Assembly (NCBI RefSeq): GCF_009914755.1
Contig: NC_060935.1
Source: the human T2T-CHM13v2.0 reference genome, Homo sapiens
DNA length: 64,000 bases
Direction: 5' to 3' (one strand)
Shown: piece after piece, positions 13,668-29,657 of the stretch
How the letters are laid out: each line of letters starts with the position of its first letter
How positions within the stretch are numbered: position 1 is the first letter of the stretch
Program-made: the position numbers and the translations under genes
Notes under the pieces: generated by a model
What the model saw: the letters and a program-made list of their open reading frames with translations, nothing else
What the model was told of the DNA's origin: nothing
The model's database searches: none

Positions 13668-14090
13668 TGTATCAGTTTTCTGTGGCTGCTGTAACAAGTT
13701 ACAAACTAGGTGGCTTCAAACAACAGCAATTTATTCTCCCCCAGTTTTGGAGGCCAGATGTCTGAACTGCATGTGTTGTCAGGGCCACAATGCCTCTGGA
13801 GGTTCTAAGGGAGGGGCCATTCCTTGACTCTTCCAGGTTCTGGTATCTGCCAGCATTCCTTGGCTGTGGCTGCATCACTCTGATCTCTGCCTCCATTTTC
13901 ATATCGTCGTCTTCTCTCTGTGTGTCTAGCCTATCTTTGCCTCTTACTTATAAGGATGCTTTTGATGGTGTTTAGGGCCCACCCAGCTAATCCAGGATGA
14001 TCTCCCCATCTCAAGATCCTTAACTTAATCACATCTGCAAAGACCCATTTTTCCAATAAGTTTCTGTGGATGAGGACTGCGGAGTTATCT
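13668..14090 (-). mobile_element. MLT1 (B/C-like) MaLR LTR
   Basis: tgtatcagttttctgtggctgctgtaacaa... and atccttaacttaatcacatctgcaaagacc hallmark segments. Confidence 0.8.
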
Positions 14091-15756
14091 TTGGGACTTA
14101 GGATCTGCACATACTCAGACACAGTGCCTGCCACTTGAGAGCACTTGATCAGCTCTCGTGGTAGCTCTGCCGTCTCACGGGGTTCTTTGGAGAGCAGGAG
14201 CCCTGGGGGAAAGACCTTGGCTGGTCACATTTTCCTCTTTTCTAACAAAGCTTTACGCTTTACCAGAAATAATCATAACTGTCATTGATTCAGCACCACT
14301 CTCCCAGTTGCTGTGTGTGTGGCTCTACACCTCTTCTCATTGAATCCTTATGATAGCTCTACCATGGTCACTGCTTTACAGCAGAGGAAACTGGTTCAGA
14401 GAGGTTAAGTCTCTTCCCCATTTCACAACCAGCAAGTGAGAGAGTTGGGATTCAAGCTCATTTTCATTCCCCCTCATCATGCCATTTGTTTTGAACACAC
14501 CTTGTATATGAAGGGCTTCTGTGGAAATGAAGAGTGAAAAGGAAGGACCCAAGACATAGGTGGTGCCAGGGACCCAGAGTGAAAGAATGTATATAGAAGC
14601 ACATCCAGATGGTATTAAAAATTATTAATCTAATAGGGAGGGTGCAGCTTCACCAAACTGAATGTGCAATCTCCGTCTCCACCCTTCCTTTTTCCAAGTG
14701 ACATTTGTCTCAATCTCATCTTTTTTTCTCCTTGGTGAAGAACGTTCCTTCTCAAGCTCAAACAATATTTCTTGTCCTTATTGTGACTCTTATGATCTCA
14801 CATGTTGGATCTGACCACAATCTCTGCTAACATTATTTTGCAGTTTATCTTCATCTTATATTTCCCTGCCCTCTACACAGACATGTGGGCTCTGGACAGT
14901 AGAGTTGGCAGTTAACATTGTAAAACTGTGTTTACTGTCAAATGCATGTTTTGCTTCCCAACTAGATGGTAAAACTCTTGCATGCAGGGACTGAGATTAA
15001 TACATCTTGGCCCCAGTTTCTAGTTTTATGTCCCAGACATAGTAGATGATCAGCAATTGCTCCAAGGAAGCTATCAGAAAACATCCCTCTAAAAGATGCA
15101 GAGGTCATGGGATTGCTGGGTGGTTTATATCCCTGCAAGCTACGAACTCCTGAGAATCTAACCTGGAAGTCCAACTCTGTACTGTGTAGGGGATTCCCAA
15201 GGGCAGGTTTGTTCTGATAATGATTAATCTCCTCTGCTTTTGGAAGATATCTCCATCCACAGGATTGGCCCCAGGCACTGGCAATGTAATGTTCCAAGTC
15301 CCCATCTTGTCTTTAAGGCAGTTGTTAATGTTAACCTTCCTGGCCCCACTGGATTCTTTTGCAGCAGGAAGTAGACACCTCCTTAGCTTGAGTCAAGATG
15401 TTAGAATGCAGATTGAAAATGTTCTTGAGGAATAGTGATTGCTCAGCCCCTCGCCATGGCTACGTGATAAACAACAGATGGCTCACCAATGCAACATTCT
15501 AACAAATATACTCCATTTAAATTGGAGGTTGCTTCATGGGGATGGCTCCCTTGAAGTTACTTCCTTACTTTGTTTCTTGGGCAAATTTGCATTTTATAGA
15601 ACTCAAAGGAGCTGGAGTTTCTGTTCTACTATTACAAATGCATAATATGTTCTCAATGGGTGGTTTGCTGTGTAGACACTAAAACAAACTACTTTCTCTT
15701 ATTTCTATCCCTTCCCACTTCTTTTTTTACTTTCAAGCTTTTTTTCCTATTAGTTA

Positions 15757-15874
15757 AAAAAGTATAGGATCTCACTGTATTGCCCAGGCTAGTCTTAAAC
15801 TCCTAGCCTCAAGTGATCCTCCCACCTTGGCCTCCCAAAATGCTGGGATTAGGCATGAGCCACCACACCCAGCC
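15757..15874 (-). mobile_element. Alu monomer (FLAM-like)
   Basis: Left-arm Alu consensus. Confidence 0.8.
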
Positions 15875-16229
15875 TCAACAAATTTTTATCAAATAGTTAC
15901 TATAGTTTTTGTTTTGTGTGAAGTATCTTCCTAGGGCACCTTCATGGGTCAACCCTGTCCTACTCTTGATGTGGAGTCAGTGCAGGGGAAGAAGTCCTGG
16001 GACAAGGAGGAAGCTATGGGTTCTCTTCACTGTCTGAGCAGGAGGCTCCTCCTGCAGCAGAGGAAGAGAGGGTCTTGCAATAATAATTAAATGCCCCCAC
16101 CCAGAAGTGACACGTGGCATTTCCACTCACAGCCAATTTGCCAGAACACTATGGCCCATCTAACTTGCAAAAGCAGAATCACTGTGGTCTTCTTTGGTTA
16201 GGAGGAAAGAAAAATTAGAATACGCAAGC

Positions 16230-16412
16230 CCTAAAAAGCTCTACTACAGGAATCATTTGGTGATCTTAGGAAAAAATACAGATACCATGGTCTTGCCAGT
16301 AGAAAGTCTGATTCCATTGCCCTGAAGTGGGGCCTGAGAATAAAAATTTGGCAAATGTTCCAAATGATTCTGATGCAAGTGGTACATGGGTGGACATTTG
16401 GGAACCACTGCT
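16230..16412. mobile_element. MER5-like hAT non-autonomous DNA transposon
   Basis: tgattctgatgca...tttgggaaccactg terminal signature. Confidence 0.6.
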
Positions 16413-18077
16413 TTAGAAAACCCAATCCCCCCTTGGGGTGACTATTGGCTGTATAGGTGATAAGACTGATATGTGTCCAGGAATATGAAAAACAGTCAAT
16501 GTATAACTCAGTGCCAAAATATGAAGCATACCATAAGTGCTCCAGTCCCTACAGGGACTCAGCAAACACTTCACTGCCCCTCCTGATACTTATTTTGCCT
16601 CTTATTTAGTGCCTTTGCCAGACAACTCATGGTAAGACCTGGTCTTGTGGAGGTGATGGAGAAAGGTCTTGGGCAGAGGTGGGGTCAGGACCTCTTAGCA
16701 GATTAAAAGCAGGAGTACATATGTGAAGATGTGAGCATGTGTGCTCCACATGCATCTGCATGTGTGTATACTTTTGTGTCTTCATGTGTGCAGTGGGAGA
16801 ACAGGGTAGAGAAGTAGAGTCCAATGTCCATCCTTCCCTATAGGGCCTGTTGGAATGATAAGGTCCTATGAATAATAGTTTTGTATTATAGTTTTTACCC
16901 ATCAGGCTGAACCCAGAGAGCATACCAGGGATTCTGAATCTAATCCTTGCTGTGCCACCTTACTGGGTGACCCATTGTCAGCTATAAAACTGGGCAACTC
17001 TGAGGCTTATTAGCAAGCTTGGGGATGACTCAGTTCTTCCTCTGCCTCTTCCTCTTCCTTCTCCTTTTGCACAGCCTGTTCAATCAGGAGTTGTATTCAG
17101 CTACTCTTTAACAGAATCCTGAAAAACAGAAGTGGTTTAAATCGATTAAAGATTTATTATTATTGCTTACATAAAAGAGAGCCAGAGGTTGGCAATCATC
17201 TGGGTCCCAGGTTCCTTTTGGCTCTCACTTGACCATTCCTAGGGTGTGACCCTCTTCCTCGTTATCTCAAGATGGCTGCTGGAGCTCCAGTCATCATGTC
17301 TACATTTCAGGCATGAATAAAGGGAAGAGAAGAGGAGAAAAATGGTGTCTTCCAGCTACACCTGGAGAAGTATCATTGAGTGACTTCTGCTTACATCTGA
17401 TTGGCTAGAATTATGTCACATGACTATTCCAAGTTGCAAGCAAGTCTGAGAAATGTAACAGCCTCTATTATAAAGGTCCAGGGGTCAGGCATCCCAACTT
17501 TTATATCCCATTCTCTTGCACAGGGAAATGTAAGTCTTTGCCTTATAGAGTGGGAGAGGGCTAACTCTTGCTCCTGGGTAGACACATGCAGGCTTAGTGG
17601 ATGCTTGGATACAAGAGACCCAGAATGTTCATACACAGTCCCAAGACTTCAGCCTCAATGCCTGAGAGGAGAGTTGGCAAGCCAGAGGTTGAGCAGGGAT
17701 AGTGAGCAGATGCCATGCTCTCTGCTCCAGAGACCAATCCCCTTGCAGAGCAGAACTCAATCCAACAACACCCTTTGTTGTGGCAGCTTTGTTTTTAGAA
17801 ATAGAAGGCATGCAAGAGAATTTTGGCCCCTTGGAGGCCAAACAGCATGGGTCTTCTTTTTTTTTCAATAAAACGTGAGCTTGTTTTTAGTATTGAATTT
17901 GTAGGTACAGAGTAACCGCCCCTCCCCCTACAACAGTATAAAAGAGGATGAGTGAAAGTAAACTTCTCCTCCGTCCTCCCTCCCACCTGTGGCTTCAGTC
18001 TCATAGTCTGGAGGCTACACTTTGTTTCCCTGGTCACTTTCCAGATGTATTCTTTGCATATGGGTAAATGTGCATTG

Positions 18078-18080
<3 letters not shown>

Positions 18081-18118
<38 letters not shown>
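18081..18118. repeat. (CA)19 microsatellite
   Basis: Perfect dinucleotide run. Confidence 0.97.
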
Positions 18119-18120
<2 letters not shown>

Positions 18121-19348
18121 TGGGATAATACTTTACATACGGCTCTGCAATTTGCTTTTTTTTTATTAGTATCTTGGTGATCACGCCATATCAGCACCTG
18201 TAGACCACCTTATTCTTTTCTTATGGGTATGTGGCATGAATGCCATCATTTATTTACCCAGCTGCCAGTTGAAGAACATTTTGGTCTTTCCAGGCTTTTG
18301 CTATCAAAATCATTCTCTAATTTTTTAAACAGGATTCCTCTCTTGATCACATTGTTTGGATTGGAAGCTGAACCTAGTAATTGGGGGACAGAGAACATTG
18401 CTGCCTCTGGGAGGTCTTGTCCTGTGATTCCTGGGGTTCTTCTCTAGTCAGGCCCATCTCTGGCTTCTCCATCGGGGGTCTAAACCCATGGGTTCCTTCT
18501 TGTCCCAGGACCTCCTCCCTACCACGGACTCCACCTCAAGGGTGGGATAGGGTTAACCCTGGGAAGGTTAATAATCAGATGCTCTGGGCAGATAAATAGC
18601 ACGGATCTCCTTCATCTATAGGAGAGGCTGAGTACTGAGGAGAGGAGAAAGTGGTCTGGTGATGGCCATTCTTACCTCCCTTTGGCTGCAAGCCAAAAGC
18701 AGTCTACTCTACAGTTCACTGCACCAATTCTCCTTGGAATAGATTTTTGTGGCCACCTGTTAGTATTCGAGCATAACCTTTGGGGTCTCTTCACTCACCT
18801 CCCAAACCCCATCTCAAACAGCTAATCAAAGCCTCCTTTCCAATGACATACAGTGCTTACCCCACAGAAGTTCCACAGGTTGCAATTTTCTCCAACTTCA
18901 ATGTCATTTCCAGTGAATTTTATCCACCCTGAAATGCTTCCAGCTCCCCAGTGATGTTCCAGTGGCCTTTAGATCTGAGACCCAGCTGCTCTACCCCTTA
19001 ATCTGGCTCAGCTGAAAACCGTGGGGGATTCTCCAGCCTCCGAGGCCAAGGCCTGCTTCATTTAAAAGAGGCTTTGTTGCTGGTGGGTTTGACCTGGCTT
19101 ATGATTTTATTACGTGGTCTGGGGCAGGCTGGATACCTCAGCTGGCTAGACAGCGGGAGTGATAATCACTTTTTAGCTTGACTTTTAAACCTTGCTGCGC
19201 TCTCTTTAAATTATTTTCTTTTTAATTTTGCTATGCTGTAAGCTTCAGTTTACAAATTAGAAAATGTCAAGGTGGCTGTAAACCCCATTTGTTAGCAGGT
19301 CCCAACAGTCTTTGGGAGGCATACCCAGCAAACTGAAGCCTATAAGGT

Positions 19349-20057
19349 TGTTATAGTAGGTAGCTAGTCAGGCATGAGCAGGGCAGGAGAGGGGTCCGCC
19401 TGACCAGGAATGTCAGGTAACCACCAGGTGATGGTCAGGCGGTTGTTAACTGTCTCTCTAAAGTAATAATTGGTCACAGTCAGTGCCAGGGAAAGGCAGT
19501 CTCCCTATAGATAGAAAAAACCTGAAACTGGTGATCAGCAGCTTCCTGATAAGATCTCAGGAGTTGGGCAAATGGGCTCAAGCAAGTGCATTGAGGGGCA
19601 AAACGGCGGAGTTTAACTGGTATATGACCTTCCAGGGACATTCCACTGGTAAGGGAAGAATGCCTCACGTGAGCATGCATACAGCTCCAGTAAACACACC
19701 GCACCTGCTCATCTCCCAAGTGCTAGGAGGCCACTGCACATATGGACAACCCATGCCAAGGGAAGAATCAGGGGAGAAGTGACACAAGAGCCCAGAAGTA
19801 TGCCAATGTATAAAACCCCAAGTCAAAAGGTCAAACTGCGCACTTGTTTTTCAAGTCGCCCGCTTGGCCCTCTTCCAAGGGTGCTTTCCTTCCTTTTGTT
19901 CCTACTCTAAAGCTTTTTAATAAACTTTCATTCCTGCTCTAAAACTTGCCTCAGTCTCTCCTTTTGCCTTATGCCCCTTAGTTGAATTGAATTCTTTCTT
20001 CTGAGGAGGCAGGGATTGAGGTTGCTGCAGGCCCATATGAATTTGCTGCTGGTAACA
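19349..20057 (+). mobile_element. ERV1 solo LTR (MER50-like)
   Basis: TGTTA...TAACA termini, 709 bp, exact 4-bp TSD AGGT (19345-19348, 20058-20061), internal TATAAAA and AATAAA. Confidence 0.82.
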
Positions 20058-22234
20058 AGGTCATATGTTGAATTTCTGAGAGCAGCTGGGTCTCAGATCT
20101 AAACAACTCAAGTGTGTTTTCTCCCAGTAGTAAGATATGATGTCATCCAGGTGTAGACAGGACCCGAAGACTCTGGAGCACTGTGTGGCCTGGCCATTTG
20201 TGTAGGGTAAGAAGAGCAACTATGTGCTTGGAGTGCCCCCACCCTCATATCCACAGCGGACATCTAGTGTGGATCATGGTGTTCTTCTCTCATTGAACTC
20301 AACCTTGACTTCTTTTCTAAGCAATTACCACCAATTAGATTTGGTGCACAAGATAAAATCTATTGGCTGTCCTGGACCTAGAGGGTATTCAAATATGGTA
20401 ACCTATGCTTTTCAGCAAATAGAGTTTGCAACACCATCCCAGCTTTAGCTTGCCAATATGGGGACAAACTCACACTTGTTTGTTTGTTTTTAAGTGCCAA
20501 AGCCATTAAACACCAACTCTTCCAGGCGAGTTGCTGGGGCTTAGGAATAAAAAGGATGTTTAAAGGGGTATTGTCTTCAATGAGCTCACAAACCAGAGAT
20601 GTGCATATCTCACTGTAACACGCTTTGGTGAGTACCATTATTAGCACATGAACAGAGCACTGTGTATGTAGAGAGGAGGAAAAGAGGAAGAGTGTGAGTC
20701 TACCTCAAAGGGTGCTTGGCAGGTAGAGAATGAGGAAGACCACTGAGGCCCAGGAAAAAGAATGTGCTGAAGTCTTAAAATGCTGAAAGGACATGGTGTG
20801 TACCAAGAAGAGAGTGTCTGATCTGGCAGAAGCATGGGGACCTGGGAGTTGGGGCAAAGAGGGAGGAAATGAGGTTGGAGAGAAAAGCTGTTGCTTCAAA
20901 GAGGACTTTTTCTGCTTTGATTTGAACCTGTGGATCCTTCTTCCCAGCTTGACTCAGATGTCCTTTCCTCCATCTGCCTAAGTGATTCTTCTACCTTCTA
21001 AGGTGGTTCCCATCTTCTGCTCCATGCGGGATGGATTCCAGGCTGCTCAATATGTTGATCTCTAGCTCCATCATCCTGAAAAGTCTGCAGGGTGGGCAAA
21101 GCCACCATTTATTATTAAGACTGCTTAGGAGCTTTGAAGTAGGAGCTGCTTTGAAGTAGGAGTGCCTGAGTCACTGTATACTAATGTGATCATCTCTTTG
21201 AGGAAATGAAGATGAAGCCCTGAAAATATCTCTTTATCTTTTTGATCTATAGTGTTTTTCCCAACCTTAATGAAGCTAACAAAGATTCATTATTTAATAC
21301 AAAGGCTATCAGACCTGGTGTGACTCCATCAACAAAGGAATGTGGCTGTAAACCCTATTTGTCAGCAGGTCTGCCCCTTGTCAGAAAGAAGGGAGAGCAA
21401 TGCAGAAAAGATGACATTTAAGTAAAGAAAGATAATAAAACTTCACAAAGAAAGTCCCAGACTAGACAGGCAAGCAGATGCCACCCTGGGCCACTGGGAG
21501 CAGGAGGGCCAGCTGAATCCGATACCAAGGAATAACATCCCCCAAATCAGGCATGAAGTTAAACAGAGCCCTGGTGAGCATACAGTTGTAATGACTCAGT
21601 ATTCAGAGGTGGAAGGTAAGGAAGGGGCTTGATCCAGTGAGCAGAAGCAGATGAGAAAAATCATGTGGGCAGGTATGATGAAAAGGAATCAGATATAGGA
21701 TCCTTCCAAAATTGTCTTCCCTAGACACAGATCTGGTCAAATACATCTGTTTAAGAATCTTCAGTGGCTCTTAGTTGAAGATACAATTACATCTAAATGC
21801 CTTAGCCAAGCACTCAAATTTCTCCACAGTTTCACTCTTATCAAATTTTCTGGTCCTATAAAGCTGCCTGTGATTTCCTGAACTGACCTCTAATTCTCTC
21901 ACCTGGATACCTTTCTCAAGCTCTTCCTTCTATTTGAGTAAGGTATTGAGGTGTCTCTCCCTCTGTCCTAAATTCCCATAACACGTTCTTTTCCTACAAT
22001 TCTTAGCAGTTTCCTTTGTGCAGGTAACAATGGCTTTGTTCCTTCCTCTTGACTACAAACGTACTTATTTAGAGATTGTACCTTTTTTATTATTGTACTC
22101 AAAACAACATCTAGCCCAGTACTTTGCATGCTATAAATCCTTAATCTGTACTTGTTGGAAGTCAGCAGAATGGCTTTCAAGCTTACCCAAGACTGAAACA
22201 GAGGCGATGCCTGTGGGATCTTCTGGGAGAGTTC

Positions 22235-22369
22235 CTTTTTTTAAAAAATCTTTTATTATACTTTAAGTTCTAGGGTTCATGTGCACAACGTGCAGGTTTG
22301 TTACACATGTATACATGTGCCATGTTGGTGTGCTGCACCCATTAACTCGTCATTTACATTAGGTATATC
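22235..22369 (-). mobile_element. Severely 5'-truncated L1PA (~135 bp 3' end)
   Basis: L1PA 3' terminus; TSD ctgggagagttc at 22223-22234 and 22370-22381, followed by a TT/AA endonuclease site. Confidence 0.9.
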
Positions 22370-22485
22370 CTGGGAGAGTTCTTAAAGGGGTCATGCGGGG
22401 TGATAGGGGCAGCCAGAGCCTATGACAAAGGCAGGCAGAGGCTTCCTGTTGGTCCCCCTCCAGAGTGGTCATGAAAGTCTCTTTT

Positions 22486-22783
22486 ATTTTATTTTATTTT
22501 TTGAGACGGAGTCTCACTCTGTCACCCAGGCTGGAGTGCAGTGGCGCGATCTCGGCTCACTGCAAGCTCCGCCTCCTGGGTTCACGCCATTCTCCTGACT
22601 CAGCCTCCTGAGTAGCTGGGACTACAGGCGCCCGTTACCACGCCCGGCTAATTTTTTGTATTTTTAGTAGAGACGGGGTTTCACCGTGTTAGCCAGGATG
22701 GTCTCGATCTCCTGACCTCGTGATCCGCCCGCCTCGGCCTCCCAAAGTGCTGGGATTACAGGCGTGAGCCAACGCGCCCAGCC
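22486..22783 (-). mobile_element. AluY
   Basis: AluY diagnostics (gcaagctccgcc, cacgccattctcc, ttagccaggatggtctcgatc), CpG-rich; 14-bp TSD tgaaagtctctttt (22472-22485, 22784-22797). Confidence 0.93.
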
Positions 22784-23366
22784 TGAAAGTCTCTTTTAAA
22801 TTTAATTTTATTTATTACTTTCCTTTTATACCACCACTGAAATGCCTGAAGTTCATGGAAGCCCTTAAGGGCGTATTTCATTAGGGTGACACAGTCATAC
22901 ATGAGTAGAAACTTTATATATTCTGGTCCAGGAAATATGTCCACCTCAGAAGGAGCACTGTCCCTGGGTCTGTCTCTGGACAGAATAGGAATTCAAATGA
23001 GGTACAGTTAAAGGCTGAACCCCAAGGGTCTATGAGTTTATAGCTCCACCTGCTGATGTCTGAGGCTGGGGCTTGGGTCTAGACAAGGGTGCCTGACCAA
23101 GGTATCTGCCTAGGATTCTGACTTGGAGAAGGGAGAGAAGAATCAAAGAGGATCGCTGTGCCCTATGCTGAGAGGGGTGAGGGATGGGAAGAGTTGGTGC
23201 AGGACACTCTAGAGGAATTTTTGAGACTTGAGTCATCTCACAACTTTTCAGGCTCCAATGCCATAGAACAGAGCTTCTAGAGTCTTCTAGATCCAACTGG
23301 TCTACCCATCTTAGAATTACCCTGACACTCACTGTGGATCTGGAATGAACAAAACTGCATGAATTG

Positions 23367-23643
<277 letters not shown>

Positions 23644-23838
23644 CTACAGCTCCCAGCGTGAGCGACACAGAAGACGGGTGATTTCTGCATTTCCATCTGA
23701 GGTACAGGGTTCATCTCACTAGGGAGTGCCAGACAGTGGGCGCAGGCCAGTGGGTGCGCGCACCGTGCACGAGCCGAAGCAGGGCAAGGCATTGCCTCAC
23801 CTGGGAAGCGCAAGGGGTCAGGGAGTTCCCTTTCCGAG

Positions 23839-24054
23839 TCAAAGAAAGGGGTGACGGACGCACCTGGAAAATCGGGTCACTCCCACCCGAATATTGCGCT
23901 TTTCAGACCGGCTTAAAAAACGGCGCACCACGAGATTATATCCCGCACCTGGCTCAGAGGGTCCTACGCCCACGGAGTCTCGCTGATTGCTAGCACAGCA
24001 GTCTGAGATCAAACTGCAAGGCGGCAGCGAGGCTGGGGGAGGGGCGCCCGCCAT
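23839..24054 (-). CDS. L1 antisense ORF0 (71 aa), intact reading frame
   Basis: MAGAPPPASLPPCSLISDCCASNQRDSVGVGPSEP...RCVRHPFL*, matching the primate L1 ORF0 peptide; expression from this copy unknown. Confidence 0.7.
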   Translation of the reverse strand: MAGAPPPASLPPCSLISDCCASNQRDSVGVGPSEPGAGYNLVVRRFLSRSEKRNIRVGVTRFSRCVRHPFL

Positions 24055-24510
24055 TGCCCAGGCTTGCTTAGGTAAACAAAGCAGCCAGAAAGCTTGAACT
24101 GGGTGGAGCCCACCACAGCTCAAGGAGGCCTGCCTGCCTCTGTAGGCTCCACCTCTGGGGGCAGGGCACAGACAAACAAAAAGACAGCAGTAACCTCTGC
24201 AGACTTAAATGTCCCTGTCTGACAGCTTTGAAGAGAGCAGTGGTTCTCCCAGCATGCAGCTGGAGATCTGAGAACGGGCAGACTGCCTCCTCAAGTGGGT
24301 CCCTGACCCCTGACCCCCAAGCAGCCTAACTGGGAGGCACCCCCCCAACAGGGGCATACTGACACCTCACACAGCAGGGTATTCCAACAGACCTGCAGCT
24401 GAGGGTCCTGTCTGTTAGAAGGAAAAATAACAAACAGAAAGGACATCCACACCGAATACCCATCTGTACATCACCATCATCAAAGACGAAAAGTAGATAA
24501 AACCACAAAG

Positions 24511-25527
24511 ATGGGGAAAAAACAGAACAGAAAAACTGGAAACTCTAAAACGCAGAGCGCCTCTCCTCCTCCAAAGGAACGCAGTTCCTCACCAGCAACG
24601 GAACAAAGCTGGATGGAGAATGATTTTGCCGAGCTGACAGAAGAAGGCTTCAGACGATCAAATTACTCTGAGCTACGGGAGGACATTCAAACCAAAGGCA
24701 AAGAAGTTGAAAACTTTGAAAAAAATTTAGAAGAATGTATAACTAGAATAACCAATACAGAGAAGTGCTTAAAGGAGCTGATGGAGCTGAAAACCAAGGC
24801 TCGAGAACTATGTGAAGAATGCAGAAGCCTCAGGAGCCGATGCGATCGACTGGAAGAAAGGGTATCAGCAATGGAAGATGAAATGAATGAAATGAAGTGA
24901 GAAGGGAAGTTTAGAGAAAAAAGAATAAAAAGAAATGAGCAAAGCCTCCAAGAAATATGGGACTATGTGAAAAGACCAAATTTACGTCCGATTGGTGTAC
25001 CTGAAAGTGATGGGGAGAATGGAACCAAGTTGGAAAACACTCTGCAGGATATTATCCAGGAGAACTTCCCCAACCTAGCAAGGCAGGCCAACGTTCAGAT
25101 TCAGGAAATACAGAGAACGCCACAAAGATACTCCTCGAGAAGAGCAACTCCAAGACACATAATTGTCAGATTCACCAAAGTTGAAATGAAGGAAAAAATG
25201 TTAAGGGCAGCCAGAGAGAAAGGTCGGGTTACCCTCAAAGGGAAGCCCATCAGACTAACAGCAGATCTCTCGGCAGAAACCCTACAAGCCAGAAGAGAGT
25301 GGGGGCCAATATTCAACATTCTTAAAGAAAAGAATTTTCAACCCAGAATTTCATATCCAGCCAAACTAAGCTTCATAAGTGAAGGAGAAATAAAATCCTT
25401 TACAGACAAGCAAATGCTGAGAGATTTTGTCACCACCAGGCCTGCCCTAAAAGAGCTCCTGAAGGAAGCGCTAAACATGGAAAGGAACAACCGGTACCAG
25501 CCGCTGCAAAATCATGCCAAAATGTAA
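24511..25527 (+). pseudogene. L1 ORF1 with nonsense codon R130* (CGA>TGA, 24898-24900)
   Basis: MGKKQNRK...MNEMK* and then continues in frame to ...QNHAKM. Confidence 0.93.
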
Positions 25528-25575
25528 AGACAATCGAGACTAGGAAGAAACTGCATCAACTAACGAGCAAAATAA

Positions 25576-29418
<3,843 letters not shown>

Positions 29419-29621
29419 ACAATGAGATCACATGGACACAGGAAGGGGAATATCACACTTTGGGGACTGTGGTGGGGTGGGGGGAGGGGGTAGGGATAGC
29501 ATTGGGAGATATACCTAATGCTAGATGACGAGTTAGTGGGTGCAGCGCACCAGCATGGCACATGTATACATATGTAACTAACCTGCACATTGTGCACATG
29601 TACCCTAAAACTTAAAGTATA

Positions 29622-29657
<36 letters not shown>

